A stretch of DNA of 64,000 bases from Bacteroidota bacterium (GCA_947475165.1 CANJLD010000006.1:13824-77823); one strand, 5' to 3'; numbered from the stretch's first letter, positions 24,781-35,476 are shown. Program-made: numbers and translations. Notes: a model not told the origin generated them from the letters alone.

Positions 24781-26535
24781 TCAAATAATTTTTATCCCCA
24801 CTTCACGCAATGCCTTTTCATCCACCGGTGTAGGTGCGTCCATCATTAAGTCGCGGCCGCCCGAAGTTTTAGGGTAAGCAATTACATCGCGGATAGTTTC
24901 GCCACCGGTCATCAGCATGACTATTCTGTCTAAGCCAAAAGCGCATCCTCCGTGTGGCGGTGCACCGTATTTAAAGGCATTCAGCATAAAGCCAAAACGG
25001 TTATCGCGCTCCACCGGGTCAAACCCTAAGTTGTTGAACACCTTCTCCTGAATATCTTTTTGGTGAATACGAATAGAGCCCGAAAGAATTTCGTTGCCGT
25101 TCATCACCATGTCATACGTCTGGGCGCGAACACGCGTAGGGTCGGTGTCAAAGTATTGCATATCCTCCGGATGCGGTGAGCAGAACGGATGGTGCGCAAA
25201 AGTAATGGCACCGGTCTCTTCATCTTTTTCAAAAAGCGGAAAATCAACAATCCATAACACACTCCAGTCGCCTTCTTTAATCCAGTTGTTTTTCTTCGCC
25301 AGTTCCAAACGCAAATCGCCTAAAGATTTACGAACCTTCGAAGTTTTATCAGCAGCAATCAAAAGCAAATCGCCTTTCTGCGCATCGAAAGCCTTTCCTA
25401 TTTCGCGCAGCTGCTCTTCGTTAAAAAACTTATCAATCGAAGATTTCACCGTTCCGTCTTCGTTAAACTTCACGGTAATTAAACCGTTCAATCCGCGGTG
25501 GCTTGCTTTTACAAACTCTGTAAGTTCATCGGTTTGTTTGCGCGTAAAAGTGGCACAGCCTTTTGCATTTAATCCCGCAACAATTCCGCCACCGGTAACT
25601 GCATTATTAAACACCGCGAACTCAGAAGTTGGAAGAACTGAGTTCAGTTCAACAATCTTACAATCGAAACGCAAATCGGGTTTATCGCTGCCGTAAAGTT
25701 TCAGCGCATCGTCATAGCGCAAACGCGTAAGCGCAGGCAAATCATAACTCAACACTTTCTTAAACACATGCTGAATTAATCCGCCAAAGGTTTCAAAAAT
25801 ATCTTCCTGATGCACAAAGCTCATCTCGCAATCCACCTGAGTAAACTCCGGTTGACGGTCACCTCTGAAATCTTCATCTCTAAAGCAACGAACAATCTGG
25901 TAGTACCGGTCCATACCCGCCACCATCAACAACTGTTTCAAAATTTGAGGAGATTGCGGAAGCGCATAAAAACTTCCGTGTTGCAAGCGTGAAGGAACAA
26001 GAAAATCTCTCGCGCCCTCCGGTGTTGATTTAATCAGGCAGGGAGTTTCTATCTCTACAAATTCTTTTTCATCTAAATACTCGCGCACAGCTTTATTAAT
26101 GAGCGCACGTGTCACCAAAGTATCGCGCATTTTAGGTCTGCGGATATCGAGGTAGCGATACTTTAAGCGCAGCTCTTCGTTGCCGTCTGTTTCATTTTCT
26201 ATAATAAAAGGAGGTGTTTCGCTTTCGCTTAGCACATTCATTTCGCTAACAGTAATTTCTACTTCACCGGTAGGCATGTTCAGGTTCTTGCTGCTGCGCT
26301 CGGTTACTTTGCCTTTCACCTGTATTACAAACTCACGACCTAATTTATTAGCACGGTCGCAAAGCGGTGCATCTAAATCGTTATTAAAAACAAGTTGAGT
26401 CATTCCGTAACGGTCGCGTAAATCCACAAAAGTCATTCCTCCCAGCGCGCGGGTTTTCTGCACCCAGCCGCTTAGGGTTACTTCGCTTCCAACATTCTTT
26501 AAATTCAATTCACCGCAGGTGTTTGTTCTGTACAT
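24781..26535 (-). CDS. aspS: Aspartate--tRNA ligase
   Basis: Full-length AspRS pattern starting at MYRTNTCGELNLKNVGSEVTLSGWVQKTRALGGMTFVDLRDRYG. Class II motifs are present (FYALPQSPQILKQLLMV, RCFRDEDFRGDRQPEFTQVD, GGCAFGLDRIVM). I place the start at ATG 26535 rather than at the 74-codon extension in the ORF track. Confidence 0.95.
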   Translation of the reverse strand: MYRTNTCGELNLKNVGSEVTLSGWVQKTRALGGMTFVDLRDRYGMTQLVFNNDLDAPLCDRANKLGREFVIQVKGKVTERSSKNLNMPTGEVEITVSEMNVLSESETPPFIIENETDGNEELRLKYRYLDIRRPKMRDTLVTRALINKAVREYLDEKEFVEIETPCLIKSTPEGARDFLVPSRLQHGSFYALPQSPQILKQLLMVAGMDRYYQIVRCFRDEDFRGDRQPEFTQVDCEMSFVHQEDIFETFGGLIQHVFKKVLSYDLPALTRLRYDDALKLYGSDKPDLRFDCKIVELNSVLPTSEFAVFNNAVTGGGIVAGLNAKGCATFTRKQTDELTEFVKASHRGLNGLITVKFNEDGTVKSSIDKFFNEEQLREIGKAFDAQKGDLLLIAADKTSKVRKSLGDLRLELAKKNNWIKEGDWSVLWIVDFPLFEKDEETGAITFAHHPFCSPHPEDMQYFDTDPTRVRAQTYDMVMNGNEILSGSIRIHQKDIQEKVFNNLGFDPVERDNRFGFMLNAFKYGAPPHGGCAFGLDRIVMLMTGGETIRDVIAYPKTSGGRDLMMDAPTPVDEKALREVGIKII

Positions 26536-26658
26536 AGTATCGAAATTTGAGGCGGTGAAAATAATTATTTGCCTCACACAAACTTTCTTTAGCCCATTTA
26601 CAACGCATTGGCTATATTTCGCATCTTTTTGCAAACAAAACCCCCGACCAATATAGTT

Positions 26659-29600
26659 TTGAAACGTTTTTACAAGTTCATTTTTGCTGCTGTAATAGCC
26701 ACGCTTTTTTCTGCCCACTCTGTTTATGCTACCCATAATATGGGTAAGGATATTCAATATGAATGTTTGGGTTTAGTAGGCGGAAACATGCAATACAAAA
26801 TTACCATCCGGTATTACCGCAACTGTTGGGATAATCAATCGCAAGGGCAGGCAGTAACTGCACCAACCAGTGTTTCACTCGAAGTTTCTGCATTGAATTG
26901 TACCGTGCCTCAAACTTTCTATACATTAAACCAAGACCCATCAGCGGTTCCTGCCAATGGTACCGAGGTATCGCAGCTATGCCCTACGCAAATTGTAAAT
27001 AGCGGATGTAACTGGAGCAGCGGGGGTAATCCACCGTATCCGGGTGTGCAGATTTATACCTACACCGGCATAGTAAACGTACCGGTGGGTTGCACACAAG
27101 TAACATTCGGCACTACCGATTGCTGCCGCAATGGAGCCATTAATAATATTCCCAACCCCGGTGGCGAAGACTTATCTATTAAAGCAACGGTGAATAATAC
27201 TATTGACCCGCTCACCGGTCAGCCTTATTGCAATAACTCGGTGGCGTTTACCAATCAACCGGTTCCGTTTTTCTGTTTGGGTTCTAACGTTACGTTCAAT
27301 CACGGAGCGGTGGATGTGGATGGAGACTCGTTGGTTTATTCGCTGGTAAATCCGATGGATGGTGGTTCGCTTCCTTACAACAATATTGCTTTTAACGGTG
27401 GCTACTCTGTCAATTGTCCTATTTCTACTATTCCTGCAAACTCGTTTCAGTTTAATTCTTCTACCGGTCAAATGGCTTTTACGCCCGGCTTAGTTGAGCA
27501 GGATGTTTTGGCTGTTCGTGTAGATGAATATCGTAACGGTGTATTGATTGGTTCAACCATGCGCGATATACAAGTGGTTATTTTGAATTGCGCTATTGCT
27601 ATACCTGCGCAAAATCCTATTACCAATGTGCAGAATGGAAATCAGGTAGACTCGTTGAGCGTTCAGGTTTGCCCCGGCACTCCGCTTACGTTCGATATTC
27701 TTTGCACCGACCCGGCTAATCATAATCTTACTATTACCAGCAACATCAACACTACTCCATCAGCAATTCCCGGTGCAAGCATGGTGCAGGTAGGAGCCGG
27801 TGACACGGTAACAGCGCGTATCAACTGGACACCACTACCGGGCGATACCGGTTGCCACAATTTTGTTTTAACTGCAGAAAACAATGACTGTCCTATCAAC
27901 GGTTCTTACACGCGCGTTTATTCCATTTGTGTTTTTACGCAGGTGCAGTTACTCACCGCCAGCGTAACCTATTGCGGAACTCCGGTGCAACTGACAGCCT
28001 CCGGTGGAACAAATTTTACCTGGATTCCTTCAACCGGACCTAATGCTGTTTCAAACCCGAACATTTATAATCCGGTAGTTACTCCTGCTACTTCCACTAT
28101 GTATTATTTCACTTCCGATTGCGGAACTGATTCTGTTTTTGTAGGAGCAGCACCTCCATTTACTTACGATGCAGGACCGGGTGGAAGTATTTGCCAGAAC
28201 GGACAAGTGCATTTGAATGCTACAACCGATAATCTTTATGCGCCTTATCATTTCCAATGGGTACCGGGCACAGGCTTAAACGACCCTGTTGCCAATGTGC
28301 CGAACGATACAGTGCCGAATCCGGTAGCAAGTCCGCTCGTTACTACAAAATATTACCTCTATGTAACCGGTGCAAACGGTTGCACCAACCTTGATTCTGT
28401 AACGGTGAACGTGGCTGGCTCGGGGCCTAATATTGTAGCACAAGCAACTCCAACAAACGTTTGCCCGGGCGACCCCGTGAATCTGAATATTGTTACCAAT
28501 CCTCAAAGTTGCGGTATTGCTCAAACACCTTGCACCGGTCATGTGGTGCAGGCGCAAATAGGCACCGGCACCGGTGTAACCCCAACAGGTTCACCAACCG
28601 GTTATCCAACTGTTTACGGACATTACAGTAAAAGTGCGCGTCACCAATTTCTGTATTTGCAAAATGAAATAATTGCCTTAGTTGGTTCTGGCGGAACTAT
28701 TGACAGTATTGCGTTCTACATGGATGACGTGACCGGTGTGTTAGATACCATGAAGAATTTTGAAATTAAAATGGGATGCACACAGGCAAACTCGTTAACC
28801 ACCTGGCAACCGAATTTAGTTACTGTGTTTGTTCCTAAAAGCGTTCCGCTTGGCGTGGTTGACGGCTGGGTAACTCACCGCCTCGATTTCCCTTACGACT
28901 GGGATGGTTCATCTAACTTAGTAGTGGATGTTTGTTTTGATAACACCGGCAGTCCTACTGTGTTGAACAAGAAAATGCAGATGACTCCTACGGCTTTCCC
29001 TTCCGTTTATTATTCGAAAGGAAGCACCAGCCAGTGCGGAATAACCGGTGTGCCAAGCAGCAGCACCAACAGACCTAATGCAAGATTTAATATTTGCGTA
29101 ACCGATGTTGCCGGTTTGCCAATTGCCTGGATACCGAGTGTAGGACCGAATGCGCCAACGCCAACAGATATTGTAAATCCGGTAGCGCATCCCGAAACTC
29201 CTGTTATTTATGGAGTTGATGTAACGGCTGCCAACGGCTGCCATAGTCAGGATTTTGTTTACGTGAACGTGGATACCTCCATTCGGTTTTATGCGTTTCC
29301 GGTTGATACATTTTTCTGCACACCAGTGCCGGTGCAGTTAACTACAACTACTTATGGAAATCCTCAACCGGGGAACAGTTTTAATTACCAATGGACAAAT
29401 CTTACTACCAATACTTTAGCGGGAACCGGTTCTTCTATTACTGTAAATCCGGCTGCAAATACAGATTACTTAGTTACACTAACCGGTGGGGCTTGCACTT
29501 TGCACGATACTGTTCATGTAAGAACAGGAAGTAGTATTCCGGTGAATTTGATTATTGACTCCATTAGTTGTTTTGGTGCAAGTGATGCAATAATTCATGC

Positions 29601-31677
29601 GCAATCTACCGGTGGAACCCTTCCTATCACATATTCATGGAGCAATGCCGTTACGGGAGTTGATTCCATAAAAAATCTTGCGCCCGGAAATTATTCGATT
29701 ACCATTTCTGATGCCACCGGATGCACCGGAACTGGAAATACAACTGTTACACAGCCAACACAACTAAGCTATACCGCCAATTTTATAAATATTCTTTGCA
29801 ATGGTGCAAATGACGGAAGCATTACGATTACACCAAGTGGTGCCACTCCTGCTTATTCTTATCAATGGAATCCTGCACAAGGTAATACATCAAGTGCAAC
29901 TGGTCTTGCAGCAGGAAATTATTCTGTTACTGTTTTCGATTCACATAATTGTACCGTTACTGTTTCTTCTTCCATCACCGAACCGGCAGCATTAACAGCC
30001 ACTGTTGCTAAAACAGATGCGAGTTGCGATGCAAGTTTAGATGGAACAGCCACTGCAACAGTTAATGGAGGAACAACAAATTATATCTACAACTGGGATG
30101 GAGTAAGCGGCAATTCTTCTATCAGCAATTTAGATAACGGCAATCATACATTATTAGTAACTGATGCTAACAACTGCACCGTTACTTCCAACTTTATTAT
30201 TGATACTGTTTATGTGTTGCATGTTTCGGCTACATCAACAAATGCTTCGTGCTTTGGGATTTCTGATGGAACAGTAACTGTAGTTACATTAAATGGAACT
30301 GCTGCGTTTACTTATTTGTGGACTCCTTCAAATCAAGTTGTAGCCAATGCTACCGGTTTGCCTGCTGTCAACTATTCTGTAGTTGTAACAGACAGTAAGA
30401 ATTGCAAAGCAACAACTACAACGGTTATTACAGAGCCAACGCAAATAGTTTTATCCTTCAACCACACCGACCCGCTTTGCACCGGTATTTCTAACGGAAC
30501 TTCGGATGTAACTGCCACAGGTGGCAGCGGAACCTATTCTTACGATTGGGCTTATTTACCAGGAACTCCTGACAATAATTCACTAAGTAATATTCCAGCT
30601 GGCGTTTATGACGTTACGGTAACCGATGCAAGTAATTGCAGCGCACAAGGAAATGTAACGCTCGCCAATCCGCCTTCGCTTGATGCACAACTCATTAATA
30701 AAAATGAAATTACCTGCGCCAATGCAATGGATGGTTCTGTAGAAGTTTCAGTTTTTGGCGGAACTCCTCCTATTTCTTTTTTATGGAATAACGGTTCGTT
30801 TGTTGCTATTCAAAATAATCTTGCGCCAGGAAATTATATTGTAACGGTAAGCGACAATAATGGATGCGATACATCGCTAAACGTTACTTTCGTTGCACCA
30901 CCTTTAATTGATGTTGCTTTGCTGACTATCGATTCAATTTCCTGCCCTGATTATACTGATGGACAAATTCAAATTTCAGGAAGCGGAGGAACACCCGGCA
31001 ATCCCGTTCCTTACGAATATTCTGTTGATGGAAGTGCTTTCCAGTCTTCAGAAATTTTCGATAATCTGGGTGCAGGAATTTATCATCTGAAAATTCGCGA
31101 TAGCGAAGGTTGTACAAAAGACACCACCGTATTTATATACGAACCGGTGAAGCCCGATTTGAGTATTCTTCCACAAGACAGCACCATTAAACTCGGACAA
31201 TCGCTTACCTTGGTTTCTAATGTGAGTCATTATACTTCTGCTGATATTAATTTCTATTCATGGTCACCGGTTACAGGATTAAATTGCACAGATTGTCCGT
31301 CTCCGCTGGCAGCACCATACACTTACACCGTTTATACTTTAACAGTAAATTATCTTTCCGATTGCAGCGTTTCGCAGTCTGTTACCGTCTATGTAGGCAA
31401 CGGTGAAGATTTTTATGCGCCAAATGCATTTACACCCAACGGGGATGGCAATAATGATGTCTTTACAATGTATGGTTTTGGTTTGTCAAAATTAAATCTG
31501 AAAATTTTTAACCGTTGGGGCGAAAAGGTTTTTGATTCATCAAACCAATGGCAAGGATGGGATGGAACTTATAAAGGAGAAAATCAAAATCCCGGAGTTT
31601 ATACCTACTATGCGGAGGGTGTTTATTTGAACGGAAAAACAAGAGAAAAGGAAGGAACAGTTACGCTGATTAGATAG
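26659..31677 (+). CDS. Giant cell-surface adhesin-like protein with a non-SprB N-terminal region, ~9 SprB repeats and a type B T9SS C-terminal domain
   Basis: The ORF is open from 26608. TTG 26659 gives a plausible signal peptide (M)KRFYKFIFAAVIATLFSAHSVYA, but the start is uncertain. SprB repeats begin at about aa 960 (CFGASDAIIHAQSTGGTLPITYSWSN...). The C-terminus YAPNAFTPNGDGNNDVFTMYG...IFNRWGEKVF...WDGTYKGENQNPGVYTYYAEGVYLNGK is a gliding-motility C-terminal domain. Confidence 0.85.
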   Translation: MKRFYKFIFAAVIATLFSAHSVYATHNMGKDIQYECLGLVGGNMQYKITIRYYRNCWDNQSQGQAVTAPTSVSLEVSALNCTVPQTFYTLNQDPSAVPANGTEVSQLCPTQIVNSGCNWSSGGNPPYPGVQIYTYTGIVNVPVGCTQVTFGTTDCCRNGAINNIPNPGGEDLSIKATVNNTIDPLTGQPYCNNSVAFTNQPVPFFCLGSNVTFNHGAVDVDGDSLVYSLVNPMDGGSLPYNNIAFNGGYSVNCPISTIPANSFQFNSSTGQMAFTPGLVEQDVLAVRVDEYRNGVLIGSTMRDIQVVILNCAIAIPAQNPITNVQNGNQVDSLSVQVCPGTPLTFDILCTDPANHNLTITSNINTTPSAIPGASMVQVGAGDTVTARINWTPLPGDTGCHNFVLTAENNDCPINGSYTRVYSICVFTQVQLLTASVTYCGTPVQLTASGGTNFTWIPSTGPNAVSNPNIYNPVVTPATSTMYYFTSDCGTDSVFVGAAPPFTYDAGPGGSICQNGQVHLNATTDNLYAPYHFQWVPGTGLNDPVANVPNDTVPNPVASPLVTTKYYLYVTGANGCTNLDSVTVNVAGSGPNIVAQATPTNVCPGDPVNLNIVTNPQSCGIAQTPCTGHVVQAQIGTGTGVTPTGSPTGYPTVYGHYSKSARHQFLYLQNEIIALVGSGGTIDSIAFYMDDVTGVLDTMKNFEIKMGCTQANSLTTWQPNLVTVFVPKSVPLGVVDGWVTHRLDFPYDWDGSSNLVVDVCFDNTGSPTVLNKKMQMTPTAFPSVYYSKGSTSQCGITGVPSSSTNRPNARFNICVTDVAGLPIAWIPSVGPNAPTPTDIVNPVAHPETPVIYGVDVTAANGCHSQDFVYVNVDTSIRFYAFPVDTFFCTPVPVQLTTTTYGNPQPGNSFNYQWTNLTTNTLAGTGSSITVNPAANTDYLVTLTGGACTLHDTVHVRTGSSIPVNLIIDSISCFGASDAIIHAQSTGGTLPITYSWSNAVTGVDSIKNLAPGNYSITISDATGCTGTGNTTVTQPTQLSYTANFINILCNGANDGSITITPSGATPAYSYQWNPAQGNTSSATGLAAGNYSVTVFDSHNCTVTVSSSITEPAALTATVAKTDASCDASLDGTATATVNGGTTNYIYNWDGVSGNSSISNLDNGNHTLLVTDANNCTVTSNFIIDTVYVLHVSATSTNASCFGISDGTVTVVTLNGTAAFTYLWTPSNQVVANATGLPAVNYSVVVTDSKNCKATTTTVITEPTQIVLSFNHTDPLCTGISNGTSDVTATGGSGTYSYDWAYLPGTPDNNSLSNIPAGVYDVTVTDASNCSAQGNVTLANPPSLDAQLINKNEITCANAMDGSVEVSVFGGTPPISFLWNNGSFVAIQNNLAPGNYIVTVSDNNGCDTSLNVTFVAPPLIDVALLTIDSISCPDYTDGQIQISGSGGTPGNPVPYEYSVDGSAFQSSEIFDNLGAGIYHLKIRDSEGCTKDTTVFIYEPVKPDLSILPQDSTIKLGQSLTLVSNVSHYTSADINFYSWSPVTGLNCTDCPSPLAAPYTYTVYTLTVNYLSDCSVSQSVTVYVGNGEDFYAPNAFTPNGDGNNDVFTMYGFGLSKLNLKIFNRWGEKVFDSSNQWQGWDGTYKGENQNPGVYTYYAEGVYLNGKTREKEGTVTLIR

Positions 31678-31832
31678 TTTTTGACCGATTTGGTGAAAAC
31701 AAGGAAAGATTTGTAACCTTTAAACAGGCAAATCGGTAAAACAAGTTGGAGTAGTGCGCGAATAATATTTTTAATAAAAGTTTTGTCGAATTGAAATTTT
31801 TCTATTTTTAGTCATCTATTAAACCGAGATAA

Positions 31833-32903
31833 ATGAAAAAAGTTCTACCCATCATTCTGATTTTAGTTGCAATGTTGAAGGCATCTGCACAAGATCCACA
31901 CTTCTCTCAATTCTATATGTCGCCACTTTATTTGAACCCCGCTATGACCGGTGCGTTCGATGGCAACTATCGTATAACCGGATTATTCCGCGGACAATGG
32001 GGTTCTATTTTGCGCGATGAGCAAACACCTATGTATCGCACCTATACTTTCAGTGCAGACTTTAGAACCAATAAAGGGTTCGGAAAAGGTGATGCTTTTG
32101 GTTTTGGAGCAAATTTTATTGGCGACCAAGCTGGTGAATCTAAATTTGGTTACAACGTTGGCGGATTGGCTTTGGCTTACCACAAATCGTTGAACCAAAG
32201 AAATACCAATTACCTCGCTATCGGTTTTTCTTCTCAAATTTTTCAGCAAACAATTGATTTCTCTCACCTGCAATTCGGTAGTCAATGGGATGGCAGTGCT
32301 TATAACTCATTGCTTCCTACCAACGAATTTTTGGTAGACAATAAATTCATGTATTGGGATATCAATGCAGGCTTGATGTGGTATATGAAAATTTCGAAAA
32401 GAACAAGTGTTTATGTTGGTGGATCTGTGTACCACTTAAATCGTCCGGCTATTTCTTTCCTTGGCGACAAGAACGTAAAACTGAATATGAAAATTGTTGG
32501 CCATGGCGGAATCCGTTTCCCATTAAAAGGCAGATTTGATATGCAGCCGAAGTTTATTGTAATGAGTCAAGGTCAATCGCTTGAATTAATTTTAGCTACC
32601 GATTTCAGAATTTTATTTGAAGAAAGATATCCTGACGGAGACCATTTTAAAGTTGGTGCTATGTTCCGTATGGTAGGTGGCGACCCTAATGCTCCTTGGA
32701 GAGATAAGAGAATGGTAGGAGAATCGGTCGTGCTGAATGCTGGTGTAGTTTGGCGCGGAATTGAATTAGGTGTTGCTTACGACATTAACGTATCACAACT
32801 TATCAGCGGTTCTAAATCGCAAGGTGGCTTTGAAGTTGGTCTTGCTTACATTGGCAAATGGAAGAAGAGAGGTCCTCAAACAATTTATTGTCCAAGATTC
32901 TAA
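31833..32903 (+). CDS. PorP/SprF-family type IX secretion system membrane protein
   Basis: 356 aa with a signal peptide followed by the hallmark QDPHFSQFYMSPLYLNPAMTG motif of the PorP/SprF family. It lies directly downstream of a type B CTD protein. Confidence 0.9.
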   Translation: MKKVLPIILILVAMLKASAQDPHFSQFYMSPLYLNPAMTGAFDGNYRITGLFRGQWGSILRDEQTPMYRTYTFSADFRTNKGFGKGDAFGFGANFIGDQAGESKFGYNVGGLALAYHKSLNQRNTNYLAIGFSSQIFQQTIDFSHLQFGSQWDGSAYNSLLPTNEFLVDNKFMYWDINAGLMWYMKISKRTSVYVGGSVYHLNRPAISFLGDKNVKLNMKIVGHGGIRFPLKGRFDMQPKFIVMSQGQSLELILATDFRILFEERYPDGDHFKVGAMFRMVGGDPNAPWRDKRMVGESVVLNAGVVWRGIELGVAYDINVSQLISGSKSQGGFEVGLAYIGKWKKRGPQTIYCPRF

Positions 32904-32920
32904 GAATCTTTATATCCTAA

Positions 32921-32964
32921 AAAACAGAAACGTCCAACATAATTGTTGGACGTTTCTGTTTTAC
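32921..32964 (+). terminator. Strong rho-independent terminator
   Basis: Perfect hairpin with a 16-bp core, ACAGAAACGTCCAACA-TAAT-TGTTGGACGTTTCTGT, flanked by AAA and TTTT. It lies 18 nt after the sprF-like stop. Confidence 0.9.
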
Positions 32965-33003
32965 ATATATCTATAACTCGCTTATTTAATTTACGTTCGC
33001 GCT

Positions 33004-34335
33004 ATGGAGGTTTTAGATATTCTCTTATTACCGGTTTACACAGCACTCATCTATTTTATTGCGTTTCGTATTAAAGCTAGTAATCAATCTAATCCGCTTT
33101 ATCAGCGCTATTTTATTAAGGGACTTAACTATAAAATGTTCGGCTCTATTGGCTTTGCCTTAATCTATTTATTGTACTACAAAGGTGGCGACAGTATCAA
33201 TTATTTTCTTGCTGCCAAACCGCTTTACAATTTAGCACTAAAATCTCCCGAAAAATATTTTGCATTTGTTGCAGATATGACAAGTGCCTATCCGCCTGAA
33301 TGCTGGTATGAGTGCTGGGCCAATTCAGTTGATTTTCTATTGCGCAGCAACACCACATTAACTGTTATCAGAATTACTTCAATAATCAATCTACTTAGTT
33401 TCAACTCCTATGTTGTTAGCTGCATAATAGTATGTTTCTTATCGTACTTATTCATTTTCAAAACATTCAAGTTGTTTGTTTCCATTTACCCAATGCTTGA
33501 TAAAGAATTTGCGGTGGCTTTTCTCATGATTCCGTCCGTAATTTTTTGGGGTTCCGGAGTTGGCAAGGATGTGATTATGTTCAGCGGCATTATGTATTTT
33601 GTTTATTGCTTTTATCAATTGGTGATACTCAAAAAAAGTATAGTCACAAACATTTTCAAACTATTGCTTACTGCCTATTTAATTTCTCTGGTTCGCGGAT
33701 TTATTATCATCACACTGGCACCTTGCTTAATTCTTATGGCTGCCATCTATTACCGCAATGCATTTAAGAATCCTGTTTTCAGGTTTATTGCGCTTCCACT
33801 ATTTTTAGGTGGCGGATTAGCGGCTTCATACTTGTTTATTCAAAATATTGGAACCACTATGCAATCGTACAGTTTGGACACTATGCAAAAAACTGCTGAA
33901 GGTTTTAAAAGTTGGCATACTACCTTAGGTGAAACCCAAGGTGGCTCGTTTTATTCCTTAGGAAATGATGTGGACTATACTACAGCCGGAATTTTGCGAA
34001 AAGCTCCGATAGCAATTGTGGTTACTTTGTTTGGGCCATTTTTTTGGCAAATACGCAATGCAGTGATGTTAATGTCGGGCATTGAGAGTTTATTTTTCCT
34101 CTACTATTTCGTTAAAGTATTTATGAATGGTAAGGCTTACCGCGCCCTTGGAATATTATTCCGCGACCATGTAATTATGTTTTGCATTCCCTTTATTATC
34201 ATTATAGCAATTGCTATTGGCTTAACCAGTTTTAATTATGGTGCCTTGGTTCGTTATAAAATTCCAATTTTGCCTTTCTTTGCTGTGCTGATTGCGGTAA
34301 CGCGTTATAGAATTAATGTAGCGCGAACCGATTAA
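33004..34335 (+). CDS. Polytopic integral membrane protein (about 10-12 TM helices) opening the polysaccharide locus; possibly polymerase/GT-C-like, function unassigned
   Basis: 443 aa, highly hydrophobic with many predicted helices and one larger loop (QSYSLDTMQKTAEGFKSWHTTLGETQGGSFYSLGNDVDYTTAG). No motif I can assign. Confidence 0.6.
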   Translation: MEVLDILLLPVYTALIYFIAFRIKASNQSNPLYQRYFIKGLNYKMFGSIGFALIYLLYYKGGDSINYFLAAKPLYNLALKSPEKYFAFVADMTSAYPPECWYECWANSVDFLLRSNTTLTVIRITSIINLLSFNSYVVSCIIVCFLSYLFIFKTFKLFVSIYPMLDKEFAVAFLMIPSVIFWGSGVGKDVIMFSGIMYFVYCFYQLVILKKSIVTNIFKLLLTAYLISLVRGFIIITLAPCLILMAAIYYRNAFKNPVFRFIALPLFLGGGLAASYLFIQNIGTTMQSYSLDTMQKTAEGFKSWHTTLGETQGGSFYSLGNDVDYTTAGILRKAPIAIVVTLFGPFFWQIRNAVMLMSGIESLFFLYYFVKVFMNGKAYRALGILFRDHVIMFCIPFIIIIAIAIGLTSFNYGALVRYKIPILPFFAVLIAVTRYRINVARTD

Positions 34336-34350
34336 CAATAAAATCTACCT

Positions 34351-35442
34351 ATGATTCCGGTTACCAAATCTTTTCTACCGCCTGTAGAAAAATATTCACG
34401 CTACCTAAAAGGTATTTGGAAAAGTGCGCACCTTACAAACAATGGTCCGCTGTTGATGGAACTGGAAGAAAAACTAAAGAAGTATTGCGAAGCCAAACAC
34501 TTCATTTTTCTAAACAATGGAACTTCTGCTTTGCAACTTGCTATTAAAGGATGGGAATTGAAAGGCGAAATTATTACCACACCATTCTCCTATATTGCTA
34601 CAACTTCTTCTATTGTTTGGGAAAACTGTCAACCTGTTTTTGCCGATATAGATTCCTCTACTTTGAACATCAATCCAGCAAAAATTGAAAAACTGATTAC
34701 TAAAAAAACTTCTGCCATTCTCGCTACGCACGTGTATGGAATTCCATGTAATGTAGAAGCACTCGAAAAAATAGCCAAGAAACATAAGCTCAAAGTAATT
34801 TACGATTCGGCTCATGCTTTTGGCGTAAAGTATAAAGACAAACCATTGGTAAATTATGGCGATGCTTCTACTTTAAGTTTTCATGCCACCAAACTTTTCC
34901 ATACTGTAGAAGGGGGAGCATTAATAACCAATGATGAAAATGCAGCACATCGTTTTTCTTACTTGCGCAATTTTGGTCACAAGGGGCAAGAAGATTTTTG
35001 GGGCTTGGGTATCAACGCAAAAAATTCAGAGTTCCATGCAGCTATGGGTTTATGTGTATTGCCGCATGTGGCTGACATCATCAAGAAAAGAAAAGAGCTT
35101 TCAACTTTATATGACAAACTCTTGCTTGGCAAAGAAACAACTATCAGACGTCCGGTTGTTCCTGCCAACACAGAATATAATTACGCGTATTACCCCGTTA
35201 TTTTCGAAAGCGAAAAAATATTATTAAGCGTGCGCGATTCACTGAATGCCGATTTTATTTATCCGCGCAGATATTTTTATCCGAGTTTATCTACTGTAAA
35301 TTATGTAAAGAAACAACCGGTGCCTGTAAGCGAAGATATTTCTTCGCGTGTTTTGTGTTTGCCGTTGTATTACGAATTAGAAACCGAACAGGTAAAACGC
35401 ATTTGCAAAATTATCCGTCACGTGCTTCGCTTTAAATCATAG
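34351..35442 (+). CDS. DegT/DnrJ/EryC1/StrS-family PLP-dependent sugar aminotransferase
   Basis: 363 aa. The N-terminus IPVTKSFLPPVEKYSRYLKGIWKSAHLTNNGPLLMELEEKL is typical of sugar 4-/3-aminotransferases, and the PLP-lysine region is LSFHATKLFHTVEGGALITND. Confidence 0.9.
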   Translation: MIPVTKSFLPPVEKYSRYLKGIWKSAHLTNNGPLLMELEEKLKKYCEAKHFIFLNNGTSALQLAIKGWELKGEIITTPFSYIATTSSIVWENCQPVFADIDSSTLNINPAKIEKLITKKTSAILATHVYGIPCNVEALEKIAKKHKLKVIYDSAHAFGVKYKDKPLVNYGDASTLSFHATKLFHTVEGGALITNDENAAHRFSYLRNFGHKGQEDFWGLGINAKNSEFHAAMGLCVLPHVADIIKKRKELSTLYDKLLLGKETTIRRPVVPANTEYNYAYYPVIFESEKILLSVRDSLNADFIYPRRYFYPSLSTVNYVKKQPVPVSEDISSRVLCLPLYYELETEQVKRICKIIRHVLRFKS

Positions 35443-35476
35443 CTAAAAAAGATAGATTCGCTCTGCAAAATCACCA

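Noticed and set aside
26608-26658. TTG 26608 as the start of the giant adhesin gene.
   Set aside because: The first 17 residues (MAIFRIFLQTKPPTNIV) precede a much better signal peptide that begins at TTG 26659 (KRFYKFIFAAVIATLFSAHSVYA). The true start remains uncertain because no ATG is available.
26536-26757. 74-codon N-terminal extension of the aspS ORF in the track (start at 26757).
   Set aside because: AspRS homology begins exactly at MYRTNTCGEL (ATG 26535). The extension has no homology-like features and would overlap the divergent adhesin gene and its promoter region.
31684-31737. The 9-bp inverted repeat ACCGATTTG...CAAATCGGT after the adhesin stop as a terminator.
   Set aside because: The loop is about 36 nt and no U-tract follows. 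Adhesin and sprF-like genes are more likely co-transcribed, with the strong terminator at 32921-32964.
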